This document shows, one piece after another, positions 35,066-48,559 of a stretch of 64,000 bases of DNA. The stretch is taken from the NCBI GenBank assembly GCA_013265495.1, contig MU058252.1, forward strand, positions 1,646,244 through 1,710,243, given 5' to 3'. The translations under genes were made by a program, and so were the position numbers. Each line of letters starts with the position of its first letter. The first letter of the stretch is position 1. The DNA is from Vicugna vicugna. Lineage: Eukaryota. Under the pieces are notes generated by a model. The model searched no databases and was not told the origin of the DNA. It saw only the letters and a list, made by a program, of their open reading frames with translations.

Positions 35066-37879
35066 GTCCAGAGACAGCTCAGAATGGGGGAGTGGGCACC
35101 GCGTAGTGTCCCAGGTGGAAGGTCTCAGTGCACATGTCCTGCTGGCTGCTCTTGGGGCTTGGGTAGAGCTGCTTCAGCCACTCCAGTCAAACAGGGGCTG
35201 CACCTCTGGGAGGGAGGGGGAGAGGCTGCACCGCCTGTGCCATGACTTCACCGTCAGTACCACTTAGAGATAGTATGGACCACCCTGTAGGTCACTTGGC
35301 ACCATGCTAAGGAGTCCATTGGCTAGGTGCCCTCTGCACATCTCACTTCTTGGGTCCTGGATTCGTCACTCCTGCTGTAACTGCAGCTCTGACCCTGGCC
35401 ATTAAATGTCTTACGTATTTAAAACTATGAGGAGACCAGTATTCCTGGGCCTCCTTCTCAAGTCTCAGCGCTTCCTGGCACCACTCAGCATCCCTGGTCT
35501 GGACGGGAAACAGGCACTTGCTAATAACGGGTTGGTCTTAATGTCAACTTTTATTGCCACCCTCAAAATATTTAGTAATCTTTAAAGCCTCTGTCTGCAG
35601 TGCTAGACCAGGCCCTGGTGCTCATGCTAAACTGAAAGGGGAAGGGAAGAGAAGGTTCTGTACCTTCCGGGTTAAACAAGGTTTAGATAAATTAATAAAA
35701 AGAAATTGTGCTTAAAATGATATAATTAGTTTTTTTTTCCTCTGGTTCTCTACTTATCTTTGAGTAGAGAACACAATTGTCTACTTAACCACTGAAAGGT
35801 TAAGGGACATGAGCAAGAATAGAGGTAGTGATTTGAAATAGGTCAATCCAGAGTTAGAGTTTTCTTCAAATTATAATAATAACTTAAAATATACTGTTGG
35901 TGTTTGTTGCTGTTGGATAATCAATACAGCACCGCATTCAAGTCTGTGCGTTGATGGTTGTGGTCAGTGGGCCCCTGTGCTCAGGGCAGGTGTAATGTGT
36001 GGATAAGCTATTTCTAGATCGTTTTCTACATAACAGTCAGACGTCTGGATGTGTGCATATGTGACTGGCTGAAGATGACCGATTAACAATGGATTAAGAC
36101 TCAGGTGTTTTACCACCCCCTGTCCTGAGAGGTTAAGTTGTAGAAAATTGATGATGTGTTCTGATTTTTCCCTGACTAGTAGCGAAGATCACCTCAAAGG
36201 GTATAGTTTTATGGACTCACAGGATATTAACCAGTTTAAAACAGTGTATGACTAGGCAATTTTATTTCAGCATTTCCTTTCCCCACTGATGGGCTAAATC
36301 TCATTTTTTTCATACCCTTATTCAACCAGCTCTTTGATTCTGCAGTTTCTTCCTCATTAATGAGTTAAATAAAACTGTGATGCAGGCTCACGATCTGTTC
36401 CCGTGAATTGGGTTTTTACCAGGAACTTAGGGAAGGCAGCTGGGTTGGAACGGGTGCGGGACAGGGGTGGGTGGAAGCTGTGCTTTCTCAGCAAGCCAGC
36501 AGGCTGCGTTAGCCAGTGGGCTGCATTTGCAGGTGGTTTGGGAGTGGTCTGGGAGGGGGTGCTGGTGGGGATGCAGGAGGCCGATGCCCCGTCCCCTGTG
36601 TACCCACTGCCGGACCTGGGGCTCTGCTTTTTGCTGCCTCTCCCACCCTCTTCTGGTCCTGCCTTCCTGCTCCTCCCACCCCGCCCTCACTCTCCCCTCC
36701 TCCATCTTTTGTTCTGTTTTCTCTTTCACCTTCTCTTCTGTTCTTTGTCCCACACCCTCTCCTCTTTTCCTTGGCTCCCCGGCTCCCAGTCTGGTTCCTC
36801 CTTACTTTGCCACAGCAGAGGTGGTATGTTTCCAATCCCAGAAGGTCAGGGGTGTGCATAAGTAGTAATATTTGATTTTTACTACAAGCATAGCCAGGAA
36901 TCATGCCCAGTTTAAAACATGTTCATTGAGTCCACGTGTATTGGTCCCTGGCAGAAAGGGTGATACATCTCTGTGTCCTTACCTGTCCCTGCAGATCAGG
37001 GCAAAATACAAGTAGGGCAGTGAGGAATAAATTATAGGGTGAATGAAAATATACACAGGACCTCTGCGGTTGTGTCTGAATCAAACGCTAGCTTCTAATC
37101 AATGTAATGTATTTTTTTTATTATTAAATAGCCCATTATAATATAATAGAGCAATAAATACTGATTAAAGTGTTCCCAGTGAGTAATTCCTTTCGGAATA
37201 ATGACTATTTGATTATGGAATGATTTGGCTTTTAATTTACACCAGCACTTAATGTGTTCCCCTTAACTTAATCTTCTCCAAGGCTGAGCGCAGCCCAGTC
37301 AGACAATGATGAATGTGCACCACTGGGGAACTTCATTAAGGAACAGCTCCTGCGTGGGGGCCGCTCTGCGCGCCGTGGTCCACAGGCTCCCAGAGCAATC
37401 CAGAGGGAGCCTTGCTGCTGAAGTCCGGCGGGGCCCTGGGGTTGGAGTATGACGTGCTTCTGTGCACCTGGAACTTTCTGAATCCCTGGACTCTGGGTAA
37501 CTTGATACCTGGACAGTCAATCACTCAAAGGAACTTCTTTAGGAGCCCACTGTATGCCAGGCATGTACGGAACACAGTTTAAGGGCAGTATTGAAAGAAA
37601 ACCAATCAACCAACCACAAAACCAGGGTCCTAAGGGTGAGTGGGATGTTGGGAGAGGGCAGCCGCTCCTGCTGGCATGGGAAATGCTTCTTCTACAAGCC
37701 AGTCTTCTCTCTTTCCCTCCCACCCAGATGCTCCCAGTTACCCCTTCTAGCTCCAAGGGCAGAGCAGGGGCAGGATTTCCAGTACCCGGGCTTCTAAGCA
37801 TTGGACCAAGGCAATCACCCCATTCTCCAGGACAAGAGAAAATGAGAATTGTCGAGCTAGAATTACTGTTTTCCTAAGT

Positions 37880-38050
37880 GACCTGTAGAGTAACTCTACA
37901 ATGTTTAATGTAGTCAGTAAATATAGTCATCCCCAAACTCTTCATGTTGAAAGCTGAATTCAACATCTTCTCCTAAAACAGTATCTTTGTCTCCTCCTAT
38001 CCATTTATAGTCAAGTCTGCACCCAGGGGTGTGCTGGTAAACGTTTAACG
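37880..38050. mobile_element. L2 fragment
   Basis: catccccaaactcttcatgttgaaagctgaattcaacatctt resembles L2. Confidence 0.5.
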
Positions 38051-39450
38051 ATGGGCTCTTGGAAAAAAAGGGTTCTGATTTCCTTGGTGTAAATACTTCT
38101 GCTGTGTCCGATTCCCAGCTTCCCAGCGGTGTCCTGGCGTGGGGATGAGAGAGATGCTCCCAGGGGCTCTCAGAGCTGGCAGACCTTCGGCGCCCTGCGG
38201 GCTGTGCCGCTCTCCACGCCATTCAAGTGGAAACCCAATCTGCAGACTTGACCCTCCTCGTTTCCCTTTTCCTCTGATGTCCAGCATCAGCAGAAGAGGC
38301 TGGCCTTCCCCTCTGTCCCAAGACCTTTGACAGCCCCGACACATTCATGTGAGCACGTCGCCGGGAGGGAGAGGTAGCTTTGGTGCTGGTTTGGATCAGG
38401 GATTCACCGTGGGGCTGTTTGGGAATTTGTGGGCGCATTCCTGGTTGTTGCAATGAAGGCATCACTGGCAGAGGAGGATGCGGTCTGGGGATGCCCTCGG
38501 CTGCTCTGGAAAGGACTGTCCAAGAAAGAACTGTCATGTTCAGCACAGCTTTCAAACTCCATTCAAAAAAGGTGGAAAAATTGTTTTAATTTTAATAATT
38601 TCTGAGCCTAGAACCTTGTTTCTTTTTACTTATAGACTTAGATTATTTATTGCCATTATTTTTTGGCTTAACGTAGACTGGATGTACTGGTGTTCATTCT
38701 GGTGTCCTCTCCCTTTGCTTCCTCTGCACTTGTCAGAGTGGCTTCTGATCTTCTTTTTCTCCAATCCAACCTTATTCATTATATGTATGTCCAGGACCAT
38801 ATAATTTATTATTATGTTTGAGGATATTTGTGCCCAAGATAAAATACATACCATTATCTTAGAAATTTTCTTTTTCTATCTCCTCTCCTAAAGTAAGGCA
38901 GGGTATTTATTTTTTTTGGAATTGTGTATATACCTTATAATACCTTTAAATTTCTCTAAGAGGACGGAAGGTAGGACCTGGGGAATGCCACACGCTGTGC
39001 GTGGATCAGTAGTCAGTCACCACCCCGCTCTTCTACCAGTGTCACTGTTCTGAGGCCAATCTGGGTCTAGAAACATAAAAAACCATGTGCATTTGTTCAA
39101 AACATCTATTTCTAAACCTGATAAATTGACTTTGCTAAGGGGTGGAAAGAACATTTTTGTACAGACGTACTTACACGTCACAGCCGACTTTTCCTGCTCC
39201 GTTTGGCATTTTTTCAGGCCGGTCCACCCTCATCTGTGTGATGCATACTAAAGCAGCACGGATGGCAGGGATACTAAAAACATTTACCCATCATCAGGGC
39301 TCTGCCGCAGCCAGAGGGGAAGTCCCCTGCTGGCCAGGGGCTCGCCTCTCACTTGCTTGGCGGTGGCGAGGCTTGCAGGTCATGGGCAAGGTCACACGGT
39401 GGTGGGGCGGGAAGGTCATCTGGGACTTCGGAGCTGTGTTTATTATCTGA

Positions 39451-39768
39451 CGTCTTAGTCTGTGCATGCTGCTATAATAGGTACCGCCGTCTGTGGGCTC
39501 CCCTAGCAAACGCTGTCACAGTTGGGGTCTGAAAGTCCAAGATCATGGTGCTTGCGGGCAGACTGCGCTCCTTCTGGTTGGCAGACAGCCGTCTTCTCGG
39601 AGAGAGGGCTCTGGTCTCTCCATCCTCTTATAAGGGCACGAATCCCCTTCCTGAGGCTCCACCCTCCTGACCTAATCACCCCGAGCCCCCGCCTGCAAAC
39701 CCCATCACACTGGGGACTGGGCCTCGTCACAGGGACGTTGGGAGGACACAAACATCCAGTCCACAGCA
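39451..39768 (-). mobile_element. MaLR MLT1 LTR
   Basis: gtcttagtctgtg..tgctgctataa...aagtccaagatcatggtg...acacaaacatccagtccacagca. Confidence 0.85.
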
Positions 39769-40627
39769 TCTGTATGGAAGCTTCTCAGTAGCTTTTCAAC
39801 AGGTATGACTGACTGTACAGGTAGGTGCTTACTTCCTGGCTCTAACACCAAATGCAGGATGGAGGTCTCGGGAGAAGCTCAGGGGGAGGCATGGCTGTCA
39901 TCGTGGGGTCCAGGTGCTCACCGCTCACAGGGCCTTGTCCGCTGGGCGCCGCCTGTGCCCAGGTGCCCCCGGCCGGCCCATGCCGTCTGCCTCGGCTCTT
40001 GCTCCCAGGGTGCCGCCGTTCCTTCTGGAGACGTAGCTCGCTGTCAGGTGCTGATTTACGGTTTTATTAAAATGTGATTAAGAGGTGCACAGTGATGATG
40101 AATCACTCCCGACTCGCACCATCGGAGCCCACACAGCTGCTGCCAACTGGATGGAAAAGGCACACAGAGGAGCATGGGGCGGGGCCTGGGCCGCGAGGGC
40201 CTCGTGGTGGCGCGGCTCTGCCGTCCCTCGAGGACGCCTGGAGGGCAGTGCGAGCCGCCACCCCCTGGCCCGGCTCAGCCCTCCGTCCTGCCCTGCCCTC
40301 CAGGCTTCGACCTTCGAGCTTGTGTGTGTGTCCAATGACGTCATCTACTTGAGGGTCCTGGGGCGTCATGCTTATCATTCGTGATGCTTTTATTTTTATA
40401 AAAATGCAATTTAAAAAACCAGAACAAGATAGCAAATGGCAGTCAGGCATTTTAAAAGGGAGTGTTTTCTTAGATGAATATCTGAAGATATTTATTTCCT
40501 GGGTTCAGTTTGGTGCAGTTCTTGCTACACGTGAATATTCACTTCACCAGCTGACCCTGAGCTCTACTGCGTGTTCTGTGCTGTGGTCCGAGCGTCCCTG
40601 CTGTGGTAATTAGAACTGGGACGAGAG

Positions 40628-40744
40628 GTAGACAAGAAGCTCCTACTGTACAGCACAGGGAGCGATATTCAATGGCTTGTGATAACATGTGATGAAAAAG
40701 AAAATGAAAAAGAATATATATGTGGGTGTATATATATATGTATA

Positions 40745-40777
<33 letters not shown>

Positions 40778-40828
40778 ATATAACTGAATCACCATGCTAT
40801 AATTAACTATATTTCATTAAAAAAAAAA
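40628..40828 (+). mobile_element. L1 3' terminus with (TA/TG)n expansion and poly(A)
   Basis: ctcctactgtacagcacaggga..tattcaat...taactgaatcac; degenerate TSD aactgggacgagag / aactgagacaggag. Confidence 0.85.
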
Positions 40829-41087
40829 CTGAGACAGGAGCTGCGGAGATGGGGATGTGGAAGGAATGCGCGAAGCATACCTGAGGAATGAGGAGGGAGT
40901 ACACGGTCCACCGAGCAGGGATGGCATGGCCGGCCTCCTGTCTGTCCTCAGGCGTCAGCCTCCTGAGCTGGGTGCGTCCTTGCCTGTGCTCGCCCTCCAC
41001 TTAAAGCCGGTGCTCCTGTGAACAACTTTAAAATGGTTTTGCCCCTTGTTAATCCATCCTCCCCTCCCGATCCGAACCTTCTTCTAG

Positions 41088-41560
41088 ATTTTTTTATTGT
41101 GGTGAAATATATCCACCACACAATTTTGAATATATAATCAAGTAACATTTAGTACATTCGCACTGTTGTGCAGCCATGACCATCATCCGTCCCCAGAACT
41201 TTTTCACCTTCCCAAATGGAAACGCTGTCCCTATTAAACACTGACTCCCCATCTCCCTCTCCCCCAGCCCCTGGTAACTTCTGTTCTACTTTTCTGTTAC
41301 AGACATGCCTATTCTGGGACCTCGTCTGAGTGAAATCACATTGCACTTGTCCTTTTGTGTCTGGCTGACTTCACTGAGCATATTGTCCTCAAAATGCATC
41401 CGTGTTGCAGCAGGTGTCGGAATTTCCTTCTTTTTAAAGGCTGAACAATATTCACTGCATAGAAAGAACACACCTTGTTCATCCACTCACGTCTCAGCAG
41501 GCACTTGGGTTGTTTCTGCCTTTTGCCTGCTGTGAGCAGTACTGCTATGAACGCTGCTGT
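41088..41560 (-). mobile_element. L1MB-like 3' end
   Basis: ttttattgtggtgaaatat...ccctggtaactt...ttcactgagcata...ttaaaggctgaacaatatt. Confidence 0.85.
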
Positions 41561-42182
41561 AGTGCCTCCACTTTTGATCACTGAAAGATGCACCTGCCAT
41601 CTCCACACCTTTTCAAATGCACTGTTTGTCTCTGGATCCAACATCCTCTTCACTTCCTTAAATATGCCCCTGCAGACCAGGTGGCCCCACTGTATCAGCC
41701 CCAGTTCTGGCCTCCCCTTCATCTTGCTCTTGTTCCCACTCTACGCTTGGTTTGGACCAATCTCCATCCTGCCGCCACCCTTTCTCAAGCCCCTGTCTCT
41801 ATTCCAGCATCCACCTGCTTTCTGAAACCCAGGCTTTGTTCCCCGTCTCCAGAGCTGCACTTAACCCTTTGGTCTATCAATAACCTCCACTTGGCTGCAT
41901 CATCTCCTGGCAGGGTTTCTTCGGCTGTGACTCTGCCCACATCTCAGCTCTTCCTTATCCTCCCAGTAACCACAGCCCCCCAGGCCGTGAAGGCTGAGCT
42001 CACAGAGCAGAGCTCAGATAAGACTGAGGACAAAGCTAATCAGACATGCAGTTAATTACACGCCCGTGGTTATTGTGCCACTCGGTACTTAGGCATGAAT
42101 GATAAGGCGCTTGTAAGTGACTGTGATTGGTTTTACTCTGATGGGGACCACACACGCATTTTTGGAGTCAGTAGGGAATGCC

Positions 42183-42242
42183 TGTGTGTGTGTGTGTGTG
42201 TGCACGTGTGTGTGCATATGTGTGTGTGTGTACATGTGTGGT
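42183..42242. repeat. Imperfect (TG)n microsatellite
   Basis: Direct reading. Confidence 0.9.
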
Positions 42243-43302
42243 TGGGTGACAAGCGGATGGGAGTAGGCCATTTGGAGAGGTGATGAGTCAGAAAATAGAT
42301 GGAGAGGGAAGTTGTGACCCTTACTCTGACCCCCAACAGTCAGTGGGACAGGAAGTGTTTCTAGTGAAGACTCAGCTACAGCTCTGTCCTCTTTCTCCCA
42401 CCTTCTGTCTGCCTCTGCCCTGATTGTACATCCTCAGAGAAATTTCCTGCTTTTTTTCTTGTTCCCTACCCTGATCTGGACAGGAGTAAGAGGAGACTGC
42501 AAATGCTAGCAATTCATGTTGGATATTATAGTAAAAGAAACTCCATGCTTAAAAATTTCTCTGTGCAGCCGCTTGAAATTCTAGCCACTGATTTAGCTGG
42601 CCAGTTGCAACGACAGGGGCCAACAGGGCTATTGGAACCTCGGGGTAAATTCTGGGACATTCTGAAACAGCATTCCCAACCTGCATGCAGAGGAGTTACT
42701 GCATGGGGGTCCAAACATTGTCTACTTAGAATAATTGTGTTGCCCACATTTACCCAAATTAAAAACCATGCACAAGGACGCATGGTGAGGCGTGAACTAT
42801 CAGCCTAAAGTAGTTGTGGAATTCATAGTTGGCACTCAGGGCAGCTAGCAAAGAGCAGGTAGGCCCGTCCCACAGCCAGGGGCCACCCGGGTAGCAGTCA
42901 CACCGTTTCCAGCTGCTTCGTGGATGCCTGTGCAGCTTCCCCTGAGTGTCTTCTGTAAGGAGCTGGTGAAGGTCACCTCCCTCTAGGATGTCATTATATA
43001 GTTTCTTGGGAGTCCCTTTGTAACCACGCAGGACCCTGTTGTCATTGGTGACCATATGGTATTTGTAGCTGCTTAGCTGTGTAATAATTTAAAGTTTTTT
43101 TTTTCATTCTTGTGCTTTTGCTGACCAGGATTAGGCTGGAGAGGAGGGTGGGGGGAGCTTGGGGGAGCTACCCAAATCCTTCCTTTTGCCCCTGACACCT
43201 CAGAAATGGCAGTTGGGTGTTTTGTGCTTCTTGTTATTCATAACTCGCCCTACCCGTGCATGTCTAGAGTTATTTTTAGCCCTTTATGGTTTCTTTGTAT
43301 TC

Positions 43303-43795
43303 TGTTGTATGAGTTTCAGGTCCCAGCCTGCAGCAAGAGATCCCAATCCTCAGCCTGCCTAAAATGCTAGAAGCATATATCAACCCGACTTTAAATTGTG
43401 CAAGTTTTTCTCTAGAGCACCTTTCCACAGACCCCACTTCCTAAGCACCCTTTGTTCTAGGCACAAGCATATTAGAAGAGTCTCAAAGCTAGAGGTGAAT
43501 TTCATACCCAGCAGAGGGAAAGGGACCACTGCATCTGCAAAAATAACAGCTTTGCAACAATTTGTTATGCTGCATACATGACCTCTATGGAAACTAGCTC
43601 TGCCCCTTGAACTCATGAACTTTTACTATAAACCGCCTGCCTTCTCTCCCCAGCAGGCTCACAGTCTTGGTGGCATTAGCCCACTGTGACCTCCTTTGCC
43701 TGGCAAAAAACAAGGCTGCCTTTTTTACTTCATCCAAAACTCTGTCCTCAAGTCTCAATTTGCAAGTGGGGTACGGAGGCCAAGTTTTGACCACA
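43303..43795 (+). mobile_element. ERV-type solo LTR
   Basis: TATAAA 43627-43632, U5-like ...aaaactctgtcctc...ggaggccaagttttgaccaca; the 5' boundary is uncertain. Confidence 0.6.
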
Positions 43796-44169
43796 CCTTT
43801 GGCCAGTTCCAAGGGAAAAGGTTATAACTCTCTCTTATTGCCACTTTCAGCACTGGCGTAGGGAGAGCAACTCAGATGGACACTGTCTGTTCATCAAGGG
43901 AGCCCAAGGCTGCAGCTTCCACGGCTCACAGTGAGTCTGCACCTGTCTATCATGGTGCTGGACTGGAGCCAAAGGAGCAAGACACCTGGTAGGTGCCCGG
44001 GAGTGAACTGTTTCTTCTGTTCAGGTTTAATCAGAACCCTCTTGCTGTAACAGCCTATCACCAGAAGTGACTGCAAACAGCTGGTTACCCCATCATATTC
44101 TTCAGGATTTTAAATCACATTCACATCAACATTTTTCTTCATTGTCCACCTGTCACTTAGTGTGAAAGA

Positions 44170-44690
44170 CCGAGCAGCATGTGGGAAGGACTGGGGAACA
44201 GCCTGACATCAACAGACGTGGATTCTAAGCCACAGCCTCCTTGCTGAGTAGTCACTATGTAACAGAGAAGAACAAATCTGACTCCATATTGGATCTGTTT
44301 CTTTTATTTAACCTTTGTATTCTATTGGTTTTGCTATAAGTTAAGAATGTTGCCCAGAGTCTGAAATATACAGGAGAGCCCATTCTCAAGGGTATAACAC
44401 TATTCCATTCACATAGAGATAAAAAGTTGCAGAACAGAGGATAACATTTATCTTGTTGGAGGACTGAGGTAAGATGGCTCTTTGGGACACTAGTCCACCA
44501 TCTTTGCAGTCTGCTGGCTTTCTGAGTAAAGTTGCTATTCCTTGCTCCAACAACTAGTCTCTTGATTTATTGGCCTGTGGTGTGACGAGGAATACAAGTT
44601 TGGACCCTGTGACAGCTAGCTGTGTATGACCTTGGACAAGTCACCCCACCTTGCCAGGCCTCAGTTTCCTCATCTATAGAATAACCTAAA
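44170..44690 (+). mobile_element. MIR SINE split by an LTR
   Basis: Resumes at 44615: gctgtgtatgaccttggacaagtca...gcctcagtttcctcatct. Confidence 0.75.
44258..44614 (+). mobile_element. ERV1-like solo LTR
   Basis: tgtaaca...tgtgaca ends, AGTAAA 44525-44530, TSD acta/gcta. Confidence 0.8.
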
Positions 44691-46486
44691 ATTCGATGCC
44701 AGTATTCTGGCTTTAGACCTGCATCCTTTGTGCTACAACTCTTGGCTGATTTCTATCAGCCTCATTCAGAAAATGAGTGGAAAGTGAGGAGGAAAAACTA
44801 TGGCAAACAGTGGCTGTGTTTGGAGGCCCCACAGGTGGCCACTAGCTGAGCCTTCTCACCCCTCACCCGCCCAGCCAGCCACCTCACTGCCTGCTAACAG
44901 CGAGCACATCCCACACGTGCTGCCTCTCTTCTTGCACGTGCCTTATTCTAACACACAATTCGTTCAGTATTCACAACAAACTGCAAGGCTGGTGCTATTA
45001 TAATTCCCAGTCCAAATGCCAGGAAATGAAATGTAAGGAGGCTTATGTGTTCAGTCACAATATTATAAGTAGCAGAGCAGGGATTTGCACTGAGGAAATA
45101 GGGTGTCAGAATCCAACCTATTAATCACTATGGGCAAGGGGGTGATAGGACTCCCCTAGGCCTTTGGGAATCCCTTTCCTGTTGGAAGGGGATGTGGAGC
45201 TTTAAGAAAGCACTGCAGAGGTAGGAGAAAAGAGCATGGAGGTGTGGGGAGGATGCCTCCACCCATGCTGGCCCCGGGTAACTGGCCTTGGATATTTCCG
45301 GGGATGAAAATGTCATTTTATTTTGTTCTGTCTTTGAGCATGTGATGCAGCTCTCCCGGAGGAACTGAGGCCTTGGCTGCCTTTGTTCCTTCTCTTCTTC
45401 AGGGAGGTTCTTTCCTTTTGATGAGTGGGACTAGACTGGCACCAGGTGGACAGAAATGACTGCTCTCTGTCGCCCGCAGTGTCCCTCACCGTTTCTACAC
45501 GTTACAACTCTATTCTTTTAAGAGCAGCAGTGGGTGGGAAGGAGAGGGCGAGGGAGCAGAGGTTTGTGGGAGATGGTCCGGCCTGGAAGCGAGTCTGCCT
45601 CTTTGAGATGTGGGACCTCGCGCCTCTTTCCTGCGCTTATAAACGAGGAAAATTCCATCCACCCTGCGGTGTGGCAGTGAGGATTAGACCTGCGCCAGCA
45701 CAGCGTCCAGTGCACAGGGGCGTTAGGTAGTGTGATTTCCCCTTTCCCTTTTGTCACAACTTCCTGCGTCTTATCTGCCTGTCTTCCATGTATCTCTGGT
45801 CTCCCTCCCCCTCCTGAGGGATTCAGTACAGTCTGCTCAGCTGCCTCTGAGATCCTTTGTGTGTCAAATGCCTTTCCTTCCATCTCTGTGTATATGTGTC
45901 CTTGTGACAGTTCTCCCCTGCAGCCATCCAGACAGCCTTTTCCCCGTTACCCACTTCCCCCATGCTAGTCTATCACCGAACCCCCTGCGCTTCAGGGGGT
46001 TGAGCCCCCTTCCTGCAGAATGACTGCTGTCCCTGCATCACCTGATCTCGCTCGGTGCATCTGCTCATGCTGTTTCCCACCCAGACTGTCCTCTGACTTC
46101 TGAGCTTTATCCAGATCAGAATTAACGTCCTCCAAGAAGCTTTGTATGTCTCAAAACATCACTAGGTTAGTTGTCAGAGAGATGCCCTCATCGGGGTTGG
46201 CAAGAACTTGGATAGGAGACAAATTAAGGATGAGAGAGTGAGGAGCAGGCCAAGCAGTAGGCATCACAGGGGGATCTGTTAGAAGCTACACAAGAGACTG
46301 GACATGTGTCTTTGAGGTTGGAGACACAGAAGACCAGGATCTTGGCTCTTAAAGAACAGAGCTACCAGGTAGGGAGCTAAAGCTGAGGATTAGACAGAGG
46401 GTGGAGAAGGATCAGCTGAAAATTGGACACTGATGCCAAGGCTCTGAGCTGCAACTGCCTTAGGAGACCCTGAGCTTTCCTGGGAC

Positions 46487-47035
46487 TGCATAACTTTTCC
46501 ATTGCTGTTGAAGCAAATTACTAAAAATGTATCAGCATTAAACAATACAAATACATTATCTCTCAGTTTCTATGAGTCAGAGGTTCACACGAGTCTCACC
46601 AGGCTGAAATCAAGATGTCAGCAGGCTGCATTTCGTTCTGAAGACTCAGAAAGAACCCGTTTCCAAGCTCATTCCAGTTATTTGCTGAATTTAGTTCCTT
46701 GTGGTTGTAGGACTGAAGTTTCTGTTTCCTTGCTGGTCACCAGCCAGGGGCCACCCTAAGCTCCAAGACGTCCCTCTGCTCTTCACCTGTGGGTCCCTAT
46801 GTCTGAGTCAGCAATGGCGCAGCAGGTCCTTCTTGAGCCTGGGACCTCTCTGACTCCAGCCAGGCAAAACTCTCTGCTTTTGAGGCCTCATGTATTAGAG
46901 TGGGCCCCCTCGGATAATCAGGATAATTTCCCTCTCTTAAGCTCCATAACCTGAGTCACATTTGCAAAGTCCCTTTTCCATATAAGGTAACACATTCGTG
47001 TGTTCCAGGGATCTGGAGGGACATCTTTGAGAGTC
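46487..47035 (-). mobile_element. MaLR MLT1 LTR
   Basis: attgctg...caaattac...gctgaaatcaagatgtcagcaggctg...cacatttgcaaagtccctttt. Confidence 0.85.
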
Positions 47036-47675
47036 AGGAGCCCAGTGGTGAGCAGTAAGCGGCTCTAGCTGTGTTATTAGAGGGCCTCGAGGCAGGAGGC
47101 TGGACACACCACCGTAACCAATTTAACCCATCTTGGTTTCTGCTCTCCTCCATGTCGCCCCATCACTAAAGCTTAGAAATTATTCTGAGCTGTTCTGTTT
47201 GTCTGTTATTGCTCCCCACTTGCTGCAGGTGTGAATGTTTAGATTCAGAGGCTGTGTCTGGAGGTCAGCGTGTCCACGTGTGCCCAGAAGAGGAACCACA
47301 CTGCGGGATATGACTTGAGGGGCACTGCACGGCTTCCCTCTCTCGTGACCCGCGGCATCTGAGACTCTTGTTTAAGAACGATCCAGTGGTTCACTAGCCG
47401 TTCTAGCTTCCAGAGTCCCTGTGAGCACGCGCGTTCTCCTTGGAAGATTAAGTTACACATCGAGGCTGCTGACAGATCTTTGCTTGAGCTGAGATGCTGA
47501 ACTGGATGCTAAGATGCTGCTGCAGGGCTTCGAAGGGATAAAACTCAGGACGCGTTGGTTTTGGAAAGATGAGAGAGGAAGGGAAGTTGAGGACACTGGA
47601 CGCTGGACACTTTGATTGTCTGTGAAAGGCCAGCCTGGGTCAGGCGTGGAGTGGGCAGCACTGGTCAGGTGGGAG

Positions 47676-48040
47676 TATTGTGGGCTGAATTGTGTGTCCC
47701 CCCAGATGCCCATGGGGAAGTCCTAGCCCTCAGCATGGTGAGATTCGGAGGTGGGGCCTTGGGAGGTGATGAGGGTTAGGTGAAGTCATGAGGGTGTGGC
47801 CCCTCGGTGGGGCTAGTGTCCCTATAATAAAAGGAAGAAAGACCAGAGCTCGGCGTCCATCACACGGGGCACGGCAGGAAGGCGGTCGCGTGCAGGCTGG
47901 GAGGAGAGCTCTCACCAGGGTCTGAACCAGCCGGCACCTCGCGCTGGGACGTCCAGCCTCCAGAACTGTGAGAAGCAAGTCTGTTGTTTAAGCCCCCAGC
48001 CTGTGGTGTGTGTTCTACGCCCAGAGCTGACGGGGATGGG
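47676..48040 (+). mobile_element. MaLR MLT1 LTR
   Basis: tattgtgggctgaattgtgtgtcccccc...ccagcctccagaactgtgaga...tgttgtttaagcc. Confidence 0.88.
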
Positions 48041-48099
48041 GGCACGTTCCTAAAGTGAACAGAAACGGCAAAGAGGGCGGGCGGGGGAGGGTCGGCCGG

Positions 48100-48310
48100 C
48101 CGGCTGTGGCGTCAGGCCGCTCGGGCTCCGGTTTCCCGCCAGCCTCTCGCTAGCGCTCTAGTTGTGGACGGCGTCTAAGGCAGACGTCTGTTTAGTCTAG
48201 GAAGTGAGGATGGAAGTGTCTTCCTCGCGGGTAGCTGTGAGCGTCCGCATGCAAAGCGCTGATAACGGTGTCTGCCGTGCAGTATGTGCTTACCTCGTGG
48301 TCACTCTACC
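48100..48310 (+). mobile_element. CpG-rich MIR
   Basis: MIR-like layout (ctcgggctccggtttccc, cttcctcgcgggtagctgtgag, catgcaaagcgct) with unusually many CpGs. Confidence 0.55.
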
Positions 48311-48559
48311 ACCTTATTACTGTTTGTTGACATTCTTCCCTATTTACAGCTGTAGATGCAGGGAAACTTGGGTCCTTTGCTTGGGAAGTCGGTATTATCA
48401 CCCTCACGTTGTAGGGGAGAAAACAAGAGTTTAGATTTCCCGAGGCCCCACAGAGAGCCAGAAGCTGGCATTGCAGCAAAGACCTTCCCGGCCGGGCTGC
48501 TCACACAGCCGTCCCGCCACCCCAGCACTGTTCCCGAGCATCCTCGGGGCACTTTCTGG

